Positions 25,382 to 37,144 are shown, counted from the first letter of the whole stretch. The stretch is 63,040 bases of DNA, filler included, from Sphacelaria rigidula (GCA_964200075.2; 7 parts of 7 records of this genome joined end to end with filler, not necessarily neighbours in it); one strand, 5' to 3'. The notes: generated by a model from the letters alone, not told the origin. Program-made: numbers and translations.

Positions 25382-26792
25382 GGGGTTGGGGGGGGGGGGG
25401 GGGGGGGTTATCGTAGAAAGCGTCTGGGCGGGTCTATGGTTGCGGCGACTAATCCATATGCTGCTTCCGGACGGAGGCTTGTTCCATTCTACGCTTCTTT
25501 TCTTGTCTCGGTCAGACACGGCCTGAAGCCCTGATTATCGAGACAAGAACAAAATAGCGACAAAAGAGGCGAGCGTACAAACGCTGGGCGTTGATTGATC
25601 GTCGGACGGGTCATTCAGAGAACTCCAGTCCGGTTGGTTGTCCTACAGCTCAAGTGCATCACGCCTGGCGCTAACTCTTGCTCATTCAACTACAGTGCTG
25701 CGTGTTTCACGGCAATCCGTTGGGTATTGAGAGAGGGTCGGCCGCGTTTACGCAGCAAAACTTTGCTCAGGGCCCGTCTTATCAAGAGAACACTTTTGAA
25801 GGAGAGCTTTGATTTTGTTCATGATTGTGACTGTTGACACTTTTTATCGTTGATTCGTTCAAGGCTGGTGCCATATGCTTCAGGCCCTTCAAACAAAGTT
25901 CATGACGAATCATCACGTAGGGAACAATACGCCGAGCATGCGAAACGCAACGTATATTGGTTGCGATGCGTGGACCGTTCGGGTTATCATGAGACCTGAG
26001 GCACACACCAGAAGTGCACAGCTATCTGTCGGGGGTGTGCCGTGCTGGTCTGGTCCCGTGTTTTCACGGCGTAATGTTCTCATATTGGGAACATTTTCCT
26101 CCTTAAATGAACATGGCGGGTATTTCTGATGATGATGAGTTTTTGAACAGTAACGACCATGTCTGTCGGAAATAAAGTCAATAAAAGTTCTTGTCTCGTT
26201 GAAAGACGGCCTCGAGATGGAGTCGTTGCCCGTTTGTGGGTGTTGTAGGATCGTTAACCACGGAACTGTATTTTTTCCGACTTCTCCAACTTTTTGAGAT
26301 GAAAGAATTCCATCCCCGAAAAATGCGAGGGGATTTTCAAGTAGGGGTGCACTTTCCGACTCAAACGTTTTTTGAGACTGCACAGTAAGGTCCAGATGAT
26401 GGTCATCGACAGACTCCGCAAGTACAGAGCCTCAGAAACAAATTTCACACCCCTACCGTAGAAGCGCTCCGTGACAGCAAAATCCTCCACCAGGGCAAGG
26501 AATTAAACAACTTGAGGCTCACCACATATTACTCGGAGAATCCAGCGTTGGATTTCATTCTCGGCATTTCATTTTCAAAAATGTCGGAAATGTTTCCGAG
26601 AACCTCGATGACGTCTGAAAGACCGGTGATTAGCTCCTTGACGGCCGCTATCTGGTAGAAATCATCGTGTCTCATTCAGTGTCGATCCGATGTCTTCAAG
26701 CCTCAAAACCTCGTACTCACTTGATCAATAGATACGGCTCAAGCCATTCATTGTCTATCCTGGAGAGGTAAAATCAAAATTTTACAGTCAGT

Positions 26793-26875
26793 CGCCCCGG
26801 TGGCTCAGTTGGCAAGCTCGGAACCTTTTGATGGTTGGGTCGTGGGTTCGAACCTCGGAGCGATCAGATATTTTT
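26793..26875 (+). mobile_element. tRNA-derived SINE head, family A (best-preserved copy; anticodon-like arm AACC-TTTTGAT-GGTT, possibly Lys-derived)
   Basis: GCCCCGGTGGCTCAGTTGG A-box and GGTTCGAACC B-box. The 3' acceptor strand does not pair. Confidence 0.6.
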
Positions 26876-26889
26876 TCTCATACAGAGCA

Positions 26890-26962
26890 GCCGCGCCCCG
26901 GTGGTGTAATGGTCCGACTGTCGCCATTAGGGTGGAGAGAACGGGGTTCGATTCCCGATGCG
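26890..26962 (+). mobile_element. tRNA-derived SINE family B head, cut by the contig end
   Basis: gccgcgccccggtggtgtaatggtccgactgtc...ggggttcgattccc. Confidence 0.75.
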
Positions 26963-27062
26963 NNNNNNNNNNNNNNNNNNNNNNNNNNNNNNNNNNNNNN
27001 NNNNNNTTAATTAATTAANNNNNNNNNNNNNNNNNNNNNNNNNNNNNNNNNNNNNNNNNNNN
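26963..27062. other. Artificial contig linker
   Basis: Same N44-TTAATTAATTAA-N44 structure. Confidence 0.97.
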
Positions 27063-27449
27063 CCCACCCTCCTCCTCGGGATGAGTGCGTGGTGTCGCGG
27101 GATCAGCCCGTATACCCCCCCCCCCCGGTACACGCCGTACAGTTTGGTATCATCGCGGATTTGATTGGATCATGATCAAGTCTAGATCATCGGGGCACTG
27201 CGTGCTATGTTTTAGAAACACGCGCTGCACTGCACGTCAACATATATACACGTACACATTGGTACAGAAGATGCAGTACAACACAACATGCCCGGTCTCG
27301 CTGCACAGTAAATGCATGGGCTCTTTCGCGGGGGCAAGGGGCTTCATCTATCGGAGCACAATATTCGCCGCTAGGGGACGTTTGGCTTGGTTCTCCAATT
27401 TGTATTCCTCTACCCGCCGTGTGTATATGTATGTGTGTATGTTGAGCAG

Positions 27450-27651
27450 CTCGTGGGCGCGTGAACAGGCCGATTCCTACGAGTTGTCTGCCTTCGCGAT
27501 CGAAGGAGACACCTTCGACCTGTGCGGGGGGCACGCCGCGTCGGAGGGCTGGTACCATTACCACAACACTCCTGGCTGTCTGCAGGAGCAGGCCATGGTT
27601 GCGGCAGGCTTGACGACAAGCGATCACTCCGCGCAGATAGGGTGGTCATAT
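27450..27651 (+). CDS. YHYH-domain protein, exon a
   Basis: agcag|C TCG...TAT|gtgggt; SWAREQADSYELSAFAIEGDTFDLCGGHAASEGWYHYHNTPGCL...HSAQIGWSY contains D-x-C-x-GH and YHYH. Confidence 0.88.
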
Positions 27652-28230
27652 GTGGGTGAAACTAGTCCTGGCGGGTGGGAAGGGCGGGGGGGTAAGGCAG
27701 GGGTATAGTCGGTAAAAAGGGAACTCTCCTGGAGTGGCCATCGTACTATTTTTTGTCCGATTTGAAGCTGTCGGACTGCTTGACAACGCGTCTACAGCAA
27801 GCAGGAAAATGAAGCCGGATGCTACCGCTTCACCCTTCTGTTCTTGTTACAAACCCCGGTGTACACTCGTCAATACTAGAGTAGTCATGCGCGGGTGCCC
27901 CCGTAGCAAAAGGGGACAGCGAGCAGGTCGAATGAGGGCCAAAAGCGTAGGGGACGAGGAAGGTCGTCGATGTCGCAAGCACTCTCAGATGTGGCATTTG
28001 ATCGACGGTCGTTGATGGTCTGTGGAAACACACGCATCGGACAGTATGCGCGTGACGTCATACCTATCCAGTAGTAGGTATACAGTACCTTTTTGAGGGT
28101 CTGTGGTCCACCTCGGCATTTACTGCCTGAGGTTTGTGGGTGCAATGCTGAATCCAACCCCATTCCTATTTTATCAGCTCGTGCCTGAATCTGCTCTCCC
28201 GTTACTCTGTTGCCACTCTGCATGGTTCAT

Positions 28231-28497
28231 GAGTCATGCTACTATAGGGGGAGGAGGGGGGGATTTTGGGCCGTCTTCTTTCACGAAAATCCACTTCAGT
28301 CGCCGTTTAAAGCAGCCAACAGTTATTTGAACGCGCTTGCTCCCGACAAATATCGCTCTTTCATACTGCTTTACATCGCTTCTACCCAAAAACAAGCGCA
28401 CCGCGAGTGTTTCAGATTGTTTGACGCATCTATGAGCACATGTTCCCGTGGAATCGAATCGAACACCGCCCCCCCCCCCCCTATCGTAGCATGGCTC
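28231..28497. mobile_element. MITE with GAGTCATGCTAC-ATAGGGGG TIRs and 4-bp TSD TCAT (Sola2-like termini)
   Basis: TIRs and TCAT flanks seen directly. Second copy at 33608-33860. Confidence 0.75.
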
Positions 28498-28541
28498 TCA
28501 TGTCACTTCTCCCTACCGACCGAATACTCGCACCCGCGCAG

Positions 28542-28592
28542 GACGGCTTCCCGGTGTACGGACAGCTCGGTCCCGGTGGAGTGGAAATGCTG
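28542..28592 (+). CDS. YHYH-domain protein, exon b
   Basis: gcag|GAC...CTG|gtgagt; DGFPVYGQLGPGGVEML completes the IGW-x-x-DGFP-x-YG motif in phase with exon a. Confidence 0.88.
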
Positions 28593-28889
28593 GTGAGTTA
28601 GACAAGCGTTCGGTTGAGTTCACCGAAATATCACTGCGTCTGTATATTTTTTCCTCTCCAAGGGAAACGCCGCATCGATCCATGGCGCCAGTGGCGGTTC
28701 GGTATTTCCTTTGTCTTCTTGAAACCATGAGACGTGACGCAGGACTCGCGGGCGGTAACCACCGACACGAGAGGGTTGTCTTGGGGTAGGGGTCTAGGTC
28801 AAACCCAGTTCTCACGTTCAAACCGCACCGCCGGCGTCGGTATTAGGGTCAGGAGCACGGCGGATGGGGCGGGGGGCAGGGGGGCAGGG

Positions 28890-29295
28890 GAGTGCACTGA
28901 TTATCATGCATGCCGTAGTCGTACGACTATTGCCCTTGCATCCCTACCAAGCCGGGACGGGAGCACACCGGGATTTTTCCGGAACAGGCACGCAGTCAAT
29001 CACCAAGCACAAAGCGCCGTGATTTGTTCGGCGAATAGCATGAGGAGTGAGCTGCATCCTGCTCAGGTTGTTCGGCTCGAAGCGTATTGATTATATTGCA
29101 TGTGGATGGCAGCCTCGAATTGAGTTGCTTCATTTTCTGGTATCGCCACTTGAAGGAGCAGCCACGGGTTACTACTCTGCGTCGTGTGTATGGGGGGGGT
29201 GTACTCGTGATCTTGCGTGCTGGAGTCATAAGACCGTTGACCTCGCATCCCTACGAGGCCGGGACGGAGCACGTCGGGCTTTCACCTAACCAGGG
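28890..29295 (-). mobile_element. Two adjacent truncated copies of the C-run-associated element (~28890-29172 and ~29199-29292)
   Basis: Both begin just after G-runs, with gtg-actgat-atcatgcatgcc and gtgtactcgtgatcttgc, and match 49380-49667 in reverse. Confidence 0.75.
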
Positions 29296-29887
29296 GCGGG
29301 AGGAGGGGTAGATTCGAGGGAGGTTCCGGGAGACTGTCACGCGACTTCACCGGACTAGATATCCCCCCACCTCCTCGAAGAGAAAATATTCACCCATGTT
29401 TTTCAAGAAGAGTGCGTCTTGAGCATCCTACCCCAGGTGCTTACGACGAGGCGTAGGCCCCGACACTCGCACCTCACACCATCTTGCCCGGAGGTCCGAG
29501 AATAGCGAGTCCCCCGCCTTTCGTGACCGTTGTATCAGGTTCGCTATGCTCGACTTGGCAATCCCACGGTGCCCCCGATCCCCCCTCCCTATCTCCCATC
29601 TACGCGTAAAGTTCCTAGTATATGTTGTTGAGACCGGACCTTCGTTCATGGCGGTAAGCCAAAGCGAAATGAATAAGAAACAAGAGCTGGGACGATTCCC
29701 CAAACGATATCAGTAGTAGCAACTACAGTCGTATTGTGAGACGTACCGGCGTCATCAATCTCGCCGGACGCTCCGCCAGCAGTTTCTGGCAAGCTGACCT
29801 GCTCAGTGTGCTTCGCTAATATGTAGGGCTGTATATGACCTCCGTACCCTCGACTTTCCCTGTGTTGCTGTGTTGGTGAAAGCTCAG

Positions 29888-29992
29888 CGTTGTGGCAATA
29901 CAGGGGCCGACAGCACTTATTGCCTAGATTCGTGTTCAGGATATGAGGCAGAGCTTCCCGGCGTGGACGAAGTGAAATACCGCTATTACACG
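29888..29992 (+). CDS. YHYH-domain protein, exon c
   Basis: ctcag|CGT...ACG|gtgagt; RCGNTGADSTYCLDSCSGYEAELPGVDEVKYRYYT (LD-x-C-x-G...Y-x-Y-Y motif). Confidence 0.85.
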
Positions 29993-31611
29993 GTGAGTAT
30001 CACTCGCACGAAACGTTCGCCACAACTACAAAAAGCAAGCGATTGCGAAGCCGGGAGCCAAGAGGTCCGCGGCCTTTTTTCCAGGCATCACGGATTCACT
30101 TTTGATTCGTCTGTTCCCGTCACGCCGGTAATCTGTAGTTACTGTTCGCCTTCGTGTGCGTGTTTGTGTGTGTTATGCTGCCATCCCATCTAGTCTGGAC
30201 CCCAGTCTACACCTGTCGGTGTATGTGAGCGCATCAGTCGGGGTCTCACAGGAGAAAGGCCAACCCAAGATTTTTTTCATTATTATTTTGTTTTTGTTCT
30301 AGTGCTCCACCTTCCTTCTGCGGTGCTTGCCTTAATTTTTATATATCGCGAGAGGGCTTCAGTAGTCCCTTTCCCTCGTCGACGGTGACTTTGTTTGGAA
30401 ACATAAGAGAAAAAATGGACGTTTCACTGGCACGAACTTTTCCGTGCTTTTTTGTAGTTCTTGTCCGATCGTTCATTAGAATTGACAGTCGAACTGCAAA
30501 GCGGTTCGTGTGCGGTTTGACGGAGCCCCTGTCTCACATACGGTTCGTGCAGGTTTTGCCGGTACTTTATCAGACAGCACATGCGAGGGGCTGTCTTGTG
30601 CAGCCGGTCGGTGGCTCTTTCATCAGCATTTGTAGTGAACAACTTGTTTTGGGATAATTGGAGCAGATGCATGGTAGAAATCGATATGTTCCCAGGTGGT
30701 ACACTGAGCCTGACAATATCCAACATAGCAACATGTTTTGCTTGCACTCATACTGAAGATTAATGGTAGTACCAGTACTCTGAGGTATCGGCGGGTATGT
30801 ATGCGGAATGACCTTTAATATGTTGAACTACGGTGCACCAATCCCTCAAAGCACTCCGCAGAGCTACCGGACAAGTGTCTTCGGTTTTGTGGCCCTTCCA
30901 GGGAGTATGTTCGCACCGTAAGTGACGTACGAGCACACCTCGCCATTCAGGTGAGGTCTATGGCATAACTGCCATTGGTACTTGCCCTGTTGCGTGTTTT
31001 CCCCGCCTTTTTCTGTCACGACAGAGATTCATCACCATCTCCTACCGTAAAACGTCATCCGGCCGCAGGCCCCCACGTTCTGCATACCGTGACGAGATCC
31101 TACTGGAGCTATCAGTCGGAGGAAGATATACACAGTTGGGGTGGTCAACTTCATGTCATTTCAGCCTGCTGGGCAGTCACACAGACCAAACGTTTGAACC
31201 GCTTGCACAAAAGCAGCTATGATCTGTCTGGTGAATATTTCGTGCTAGCGCCCCGGTCCCCGCTTTCCTCTTTCCCTTCACTCTCCCGCCGAGATGATCA
31301 CGGAGTCGCGGAAAGATGGACGGGGGCACAGCTGTGGAATGTGAAACATCTCTGAAACGCGAAAGCGGCTATGTGACTCCTCCTACCCCCCCCCCCCCCC
31401 CCCCCCCCCCCCGCCAGCTCTCTCCCTCCCCCCCCCCCCCCACGCCAAAATAACCCCCACAACCAACCATCCGCCCCCTCTTATAANNNNNNNNNNGGGC
31501 GGGGGGGAAGCTGTGGAATGGTAAACAACCCCGCAACCGGAAAAGGGCTTTGTGGCTCCCCCCCCCCCCCCCCCCCCCCCTCCCCTTCACAAGTAGTTTG
31601 CTTTCCACCCC

Positions 31612-32025
31612 TCCCCATGATGTAACAATATATCACGCACTGTACAAGTTCCACTTGTTTCAAGGCAAGAGGTTTGAAGCTACGCAGGAGATGACGTGGA
31701 ATCCTAGATTGCGTCTGCGACCTCCAGGATATGCTGAAAGGGTATATGACCCTATTTGTTTCCGCGACGCTCGTCCTATTTGCTGAACCAGTCGACAGTC
31801 TCTTTTTCCCCCCTTGCCCCCCTCCACAAGAATTCTGCTCTCCTCCCTACCCCATGATGTGACAATACATCACGTACTGTACAAGTTCCACTTGTTCCAG
31901 GCGAGGGGTTTAAAGACACGCAGGAGGTGACGGGGAATCCTAGATTGCGTGTGCGATCTCCAGGATATGCTGAAAGGTTGTATGACCCCGTTTGTTTTTT
32001 CGATGCTCGTCTTGTTTGACAGTCT
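31612..32025 (+). repeat. Local direct duplication (~190 bp; ~31612-31801 and ~31849-32025)
   Basis: Both copies read ccccatgatgt-acaata-atcacg-actgtacaagttccacttgtt...ccaggatatgctgaaagg...gacagtct. Confidence 0.9.
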
Positions 32026-32096
32026 TGCGGGTTCGACGAGGCTTACTTCCCCTTCATCACCAACTGCTACCGTGGATGCTGCCCTGATAGGATGGC
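32023..32096 (+). CDS. YHYH-domain protein, exon d
   Basis: tgacag|TCT...ATG GC|gtgagt; SCGFDEAYFPFITNCYRGCCPDRM (FP-x-x-x-x-C-Y-x-G end of the domain). Confidence 0.85.
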
Positions 32097-32416
32097 GTGA
32101 GTTGTTCGTGAGAAATTCGATCTGTTGATCAAGTTGTCCATGACTTTAAGTCACCATGTTACGAAGCGGCAGTCATTGGCGAGTTTATTTATGAAAAGGA
32201 CAGCGCAACAATGTACGAGCTGTCCATAGAAGGACTAATCGTTCATGAGTTTATCGTCGTACTAACACGATATAGGCGCTCACTACAAGATACCCGGTAA
32301 GATCGGCCGATTTGAGGCCATTCCTACCACAAGATGATAGGGACTATCATATTGTAAACCAGGTAAAACCCAGATAAAAAGTACATGCAGAGTAACTGAC
32401 ACTCGTGATTCCATGA

Positions 32417-32745
32417 GCCAGCCGCCGCGTTCCGGTGGTGTGAATTAAAATGATCAGGCTGTCACCATCAGGGTGGAAAGAACGAGAGTTCGAAATCCTG
32501 ATGCTATGGGTTTTTCCTTCGAGGCATCTGATTTCCACCTTGGAAAGCGTGATTATCGCACGCGAGTGAACAAAAAATAGTTGACTGAGTTTGTTTGGCG
32601 ATAATTGACGCGGCGCGGAAGTGCTGACCCAATCCGCGAGACGAAAATGTAAGGAGGCGTCTCCCAGGGTAGAGGTGTGTTGATCCTTCGAGACCACGGA
32701 CTCGTCCCGAGAAAGGGCAAGTCTTCGAAGTGCGACAAATACACG
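32417..32745 (+). mobile_element. tRNA-derived SINE family B (diverged)
   Basis: Same head and body as the copies at 34284 and 61870. Confidence 0.7.
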
Positions 32746-33378
32746 TCATGATGATGAGGAAAAAAAAAAAATCACACTTAATGGTACTACTGTACGCGTT
32801 GCACTTTTTCAGTGGTGACCCACGGTGGCGGTGGTAGCGCAGTGTTGCTGGATTCCTTCCCCGGGCATGCCGTTTGGCAATTAACCCTTCAATCGATTCC
32901 CGCCGGTTAACTTGCGGCCCCCACATTTTCTCGGATGCCGAATAAACAAATCGTTTTTTACGCCCTAATCAAGCACTCAGCCGGTGCCTGTCGGATTCTT
33001 ACTAGCGGTAGTTGCGCTCTCGAACCCTCTCGACGATAAATCAGAGTGTCGACTAGGCAGTAGGCAGTTTCGCTACACCGGTAACCCGGAAAAATCAGTA
33101 TAGCAGCCGTCGCAAACCTGAGAGAAATTATCTCTGGTGTTCCGTCGGGAGTGTTTCGTCTCATGGCCATCCAGAAATAGAGAGTTTCTGCGTGCCCATG
33201 AGCCGTCCCTCGCGTTTGTTCGTGTGGTTGTCGTTGCTGTTGTTGTCGTTGTTGTTTTTCAGCCGTCGTTCACGTCTGTGTGTTTGCTTCTTTGTGCTTT
33301 GTGTGAACGGTGCCCATAAATTCAAGCACACTAAACGAGGTGCTCGCGTGTTTGTGTCCTTTGTGCGCGTATTCGTAG

Positions 33379-33554
33379 GTGCGACGAGCACCTGGAGGCG
33401 TGCGATTCCAACGCGGAGGAAGGGTACACGTCCGATTATGTAGCGACCGCGCTGGCTGGCTTCGCCGACGTCTATGATGACACCGACCTCATCGAAGGTC
33501 TAGACACTGAGTACATAAACTCAGACTACTACGTTAACTGCAGCCTCTATCAAG
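33379..33554 (+). CDS. YHYH-domain protein, exon e
   Basis: tcgtag|G TGC...CAA G|gtgaga; phase-compatible. CDEHLEACDSNAEEGYTSDYVATALAGFADVYDDTDLIEGLDTEYINSDYYVNCSLYQ. Confidence 0.75.
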
Positions 33555-33607
33555 GTGAGAGTTCGCGTGGCAACTGTTGAGAGTACAAGCAGTATGTGTA
33601 AAGACTA

Positions 33608-33860
33608 GAGTCATGCTGTCACAGAGGGGGAGGGGGGGGTATTTTGGGCCATTTTCTCCACGAAATTGCAATTTGAATCGTCGTTGAAAGCAGCAAAGGT
33701 TGTTCGACCGTGCGTGTTGCCCACAAATAACGTCCATTCATACTACGTGCTACCGATTTCAAATAAATTCAATCGCACCGCGAGTGTATTAGGTCGTCTG
33801 ACACGCCTGTGAGCCTTGTTTTCATGGAATCAAGCCCCCCCTACGATCGTAGCATGATTC
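33608..33860. mobile_element. MITE of the same family as 28231-28497, 4-bp TSD ACTA
   Basis: acta|gagtcatgct...tagcatgattc|acta; internal similarity to 28231-28497. Confidence 0.75.
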
Positions 33861-34283
33861 ACTATCGGTTGAGATCTCCACAGTCGGTTCGATACTCGTC
33901 GAAGTATGGGAGTATGGATACGCCTTAACGTATCTACAATATTGGGGAGCTAATGGCAACGGGTGATTCTTGATGAAGACCGAGACGACGTCCGAGGAAC
34001 GTTTGCCCTAGTATCACCGTAGCAACCGTGGATTGCTTCAAGCATATCATCATGTTCATGTGTTGAGTGTGTGCTTTTTACTGGGGGAGTTTTCACGGCC
34101 CCACGGCCTCACCCGCTGCCCGGATTGGGTGGGAATATTACGCTCAGGAAACGAAACAGGGCAGACAAGCAGGGTCTCCAGTTTCGATTGTTTTTTCTTG
34201 CTGTGCGCGTGTAGCCGAGGGCACCAATATTGTGCAAAAGCTTGTCTTTGTGGGGCACATACGTTTTTCATTCGCGGGCACAG

Positions 34284-34600
34284 GCCGCGTCCCGGTGGTG
34301 TAATGGTCCGACTGTCGTCATTAGAGCGGGAGAGGACGAGGGTTCGATTCCCGATCGATGCGTTGGGTTTTTATTTCTTAATATCTGACTTCCACCGTGG
34401 GAAGCGTGAGAAAGTGAGTAAACAAAGTAGTTGACTGAGTTTGTTTGACGTGAGTTGACGGGGTGCGGGAGTGCTGGCACAATCCGCGAGACCAAAATGC
34501 GACGCGTGTACTGTACCGGGGAGAGATGAGTGAATCCCTTGAGACCACGGGCTCGTCCCGAGGAAGAGGAGGGGATCAAAGTGCGGCGAATAACATCAAA
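34284..34600 (+). mobile_element. tRNA-derived SINE family B (near full length)
   Basis: A-box TGGTGTAATGG, B-box GGTTCGATTCC, shared ~230-bp body ending aaagtgcg-cgaataa. Confidence 0.8.
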
Positions 34601-34789
34601 TAGAAATAAAACTATATAAATGAAAACACAGCAGTAGTCGCGTCCACCCCCTCAATCACATTTTGGCTGTTGTATTCTGCGAGGAGGCTGCCACCGATCG
34701 CTTCGCTCACCCGTGCTGCTCATTTTGTCCAAGATTGATACCCAAACGTCCAACTATCCCTCGCTTTCGTGCGTGAACCTTATCTTCAG

Positions 34790-34914
34790 GTGGCACCTCT
34801 CAGTTTCCCGACGACGATGCCGCCCCCATTCTCTCAGCACGGTCATGGGCCTTGGTAACTGCTTTCATGGCTGCCGCCGCAAGTGCGATTACCGCGCGAA
34901 TTTCACTTCAATGA
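34790..34914 (+). CDS. YHYH-domain protein, probable terminal exon with a hydrophobic tail
   Basis: cttcag|GT GGC...CAA TGA; phase 1 matches exon e. GGTSQFPDDDAAPILSARSWALVTAFMAAAASAITARISLQ*. Confidence 0.62.
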
Positions 34915-35982
34915 TGGCGACATCGAAAAGGCTGTTGACAGCATGCAACTGTCAACGATGCGTCTTCTTTTTTTTTTCCAACTAGGGCATTCAAAGTGTT
35001 GCATGTTCTCCCGTATATTTCCTCCCGCCATCTCCCGCTTTCCATTGCGCCGTTCTTGCTGGCGTATGGCGGGGGGCTGAAGGGGGGCTGTGAAAATGAA
35101 AAAAGTGGGGAAAATGTGTGGAAGGTGAGACGGAAAGTTGAAAGTACGGTTGGTGTTGGCATTGGCTACAGGCTTCATGTGACACGCCCCGTAGTCCTCT
35201 ACTTTTGTCGAAACCGTAGTTTGGGCTCATCATCAATGACGTGTTACGTTTCACAGCAGCTGAGACGACCCCTTGGTGCGTTGTACAGATATGAAAATTA
35301 CAGTATACTCGAAACCCCCTGCAGTGTCTGCTACGCATCGTTTCTGGATTACTTATTGTGAGTGTGTGTTGTGGCGACAGTTTTATACTGTCCGATAGTT
35401 TTGTCGTCAGATTAATATAGCCCTACGCTATAACTCTCCAAAGCGACCCACCTCAAGTGAGCCTGCCAGCTTGACATTGTGTTTGATTTGAGTTCGGCCG
35501 AGTGAAGCGCCAAGTTCGAAATACATCTTTTTTTATTCCGCAAGTGTTTAACCAACACTGTGCAACCTCTGCGAGCTTTCTTGTCAGAGTTGGTTTCACC
35601 CGTTGAACCTATTGTTCCTGTCACGTTGAGAGTTGAGCACTGTGTACTTTGTACACAAGCCACGACATCCATATAATATTATCAACACATACCCAACTCT
35701 TGTTTTCGAGAGAACGCTTCGATATCGTCACGTTGTGTTTTAGGATAAAAGGAATATCGTTCAATGACCATCTGCAATAGGTCTTGGCGGGTAACCTCCC
35801 AAGGGTATGCACTTAATGCCACCGAGAATCTGGCTTCGTTTTTTGCGCGTACATATATAGCTTTTGGTTGTCGGTACTGAAGCACTCGTTTTCTTCGGAG
35901 ATGTAGAAGTGGGTGTACTCATGATAATGCATGCCATAGTCATCAGACCATTGACCTCGCATCCCTACAAAGCCGTGACGGA

Positions 35983-36082
35983 NNNNNNNNNNNNNNNNNN
36001 NNNNNNNNNNNNNNNNNNNNNNNNNNTTAATTAATTAANNNNNNNNNNNNNNNNNNNNNNNNNNNNNNNNNNNNNNNNNNNN
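35983..36082. other. Artificial contig linker
   Basis: Same N44-TTAATTAATTAA-N44 structure. Confidence 0.97.
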
Positions 36083-36114
36083 AAAAAAAAACGCCCCCCC
36101 CCCCCCCCCCCCCG

Positions 36115-36530
36115 CCCAAAGCCGGGCGAAAACCCGGCGCGCTCCGTCCTGGCTTGGTAGGGACGGACCCCCCATGGGTTTGGCATCGGTTGGCAATGAC
36201 ACTGTAAGACACGCCACTCACTGCGTAAGCCAGGCAACGTGGTTACCGGTATTTCTTTGCGCGCTTGCATTTTTTTGCGATAATCATGATGGTGGTCAAG
36301 CTAGATCGTATGGTGCAGGGTGGAAGAACCTCAACGCCGCGCCAAGGGGCTGATCATTCTACGTAGTTTGTAAATGGGGAGACACCCATGAGGCAGCGTG
36401 GAAGTCGTGGCTGTCTCTGGAAGTGGCGGTACCAGAAAATGAAGCAACTCATTGAGGGCTGTCATCCACATCTAAGATCATCAGTACGCTTCGGGCCGAA
36501 CAATCTTAGCAGATGGATCACCGCTCACAG
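36115..36530 (+). mobile_element. 5' part of the C-run-associated element, directly after a poly(C) run
   Basis: Colinear with 49100-49510. Confidence 0.8.
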
Positions 36531-37036
36531 TCAGAGGGATACACCCCTGGTTAGGGGGGATCCGGTCCCAAAATGGTTGAAAACATGAGTAGCAAAAAAA
36601 AAAGTGTTCTATTCAACGAGAGTCGACGTGGTGCTGGAGTGCTCTGATCATGATCCAATCCGAGACGTTGCCAAGCTTCCAGGCGTATGTATGAGGAGAG
36701 TTGGGCCGATCCCTCGTGACACAACGAACTTGTGCCGAGGAAAGGGAAGCACCGGAAGTGTGCCGAAGACGAGTAATGTATGTATGAACACATATGGAGG
36801 GGTACGAGAATTAGTGGGAGTAATGACCGCTCACATCACAACCTCTTCGCCTAGAGGAGAGGATCCATGCTTGTGAGGTTACAGTGCTGTCTCCCGTGCT
36901 CGAGTGAGAGGTCCCTCCCCCGCTGTCCCATTCACCGTTGGTCGATCATGCATGTTCATTGTGGGCGGGATATTTGTGGCCGCTGTTTTTTTTTGAATGT
37001 ATGTGTATGTGTTTGTTTTTGTTATTTTTTCTCCAG

Positions 37037-37144
37037 ATGACGGCGTTATACAAGATCGTGCAGGACGATCATCCTCCCCTCCCGGACGGAACTTCTCAGG
37101 CGCTCCGGGATTTCCTGCTACAGTGCTTCAAGAAGCAAGCGCAG
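37037..37144 (+). CDS. Ser/Thr kinase (MAP3K-epsilon/Cdc15/SepH-like), exon covering subdomains X-XI
   Basis: ttctccag|ATG...CAG|gtgg; MTALYKIVQDDHPPLPDGTSQALRDFLLQCFKKQAQ resembles the M.ALFRIVQD..PP.P......DFL.QCF.K motif of this family. Confidence 0.9.

Noticed and set aside
25913-26720. Minus-strand coding-like fragments (also 60600-61810)
   Set aside because: Interrupted by stops with no identifiable motif, which is insufficient to annotate.
26793-26962. Functional tRNA genes (also 34284, 61870)
   Set aside because: No paired acceptor stem or full cloverleaf, and multiple diverged copies share non-tRNA tails, indicating SINEs.
31380-31585. Long poly(C) tracts as G-quadruplex elements (also 43370-43565)
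   Set aside because: Adjacent to internal N gaps and likely low-quality sequence.
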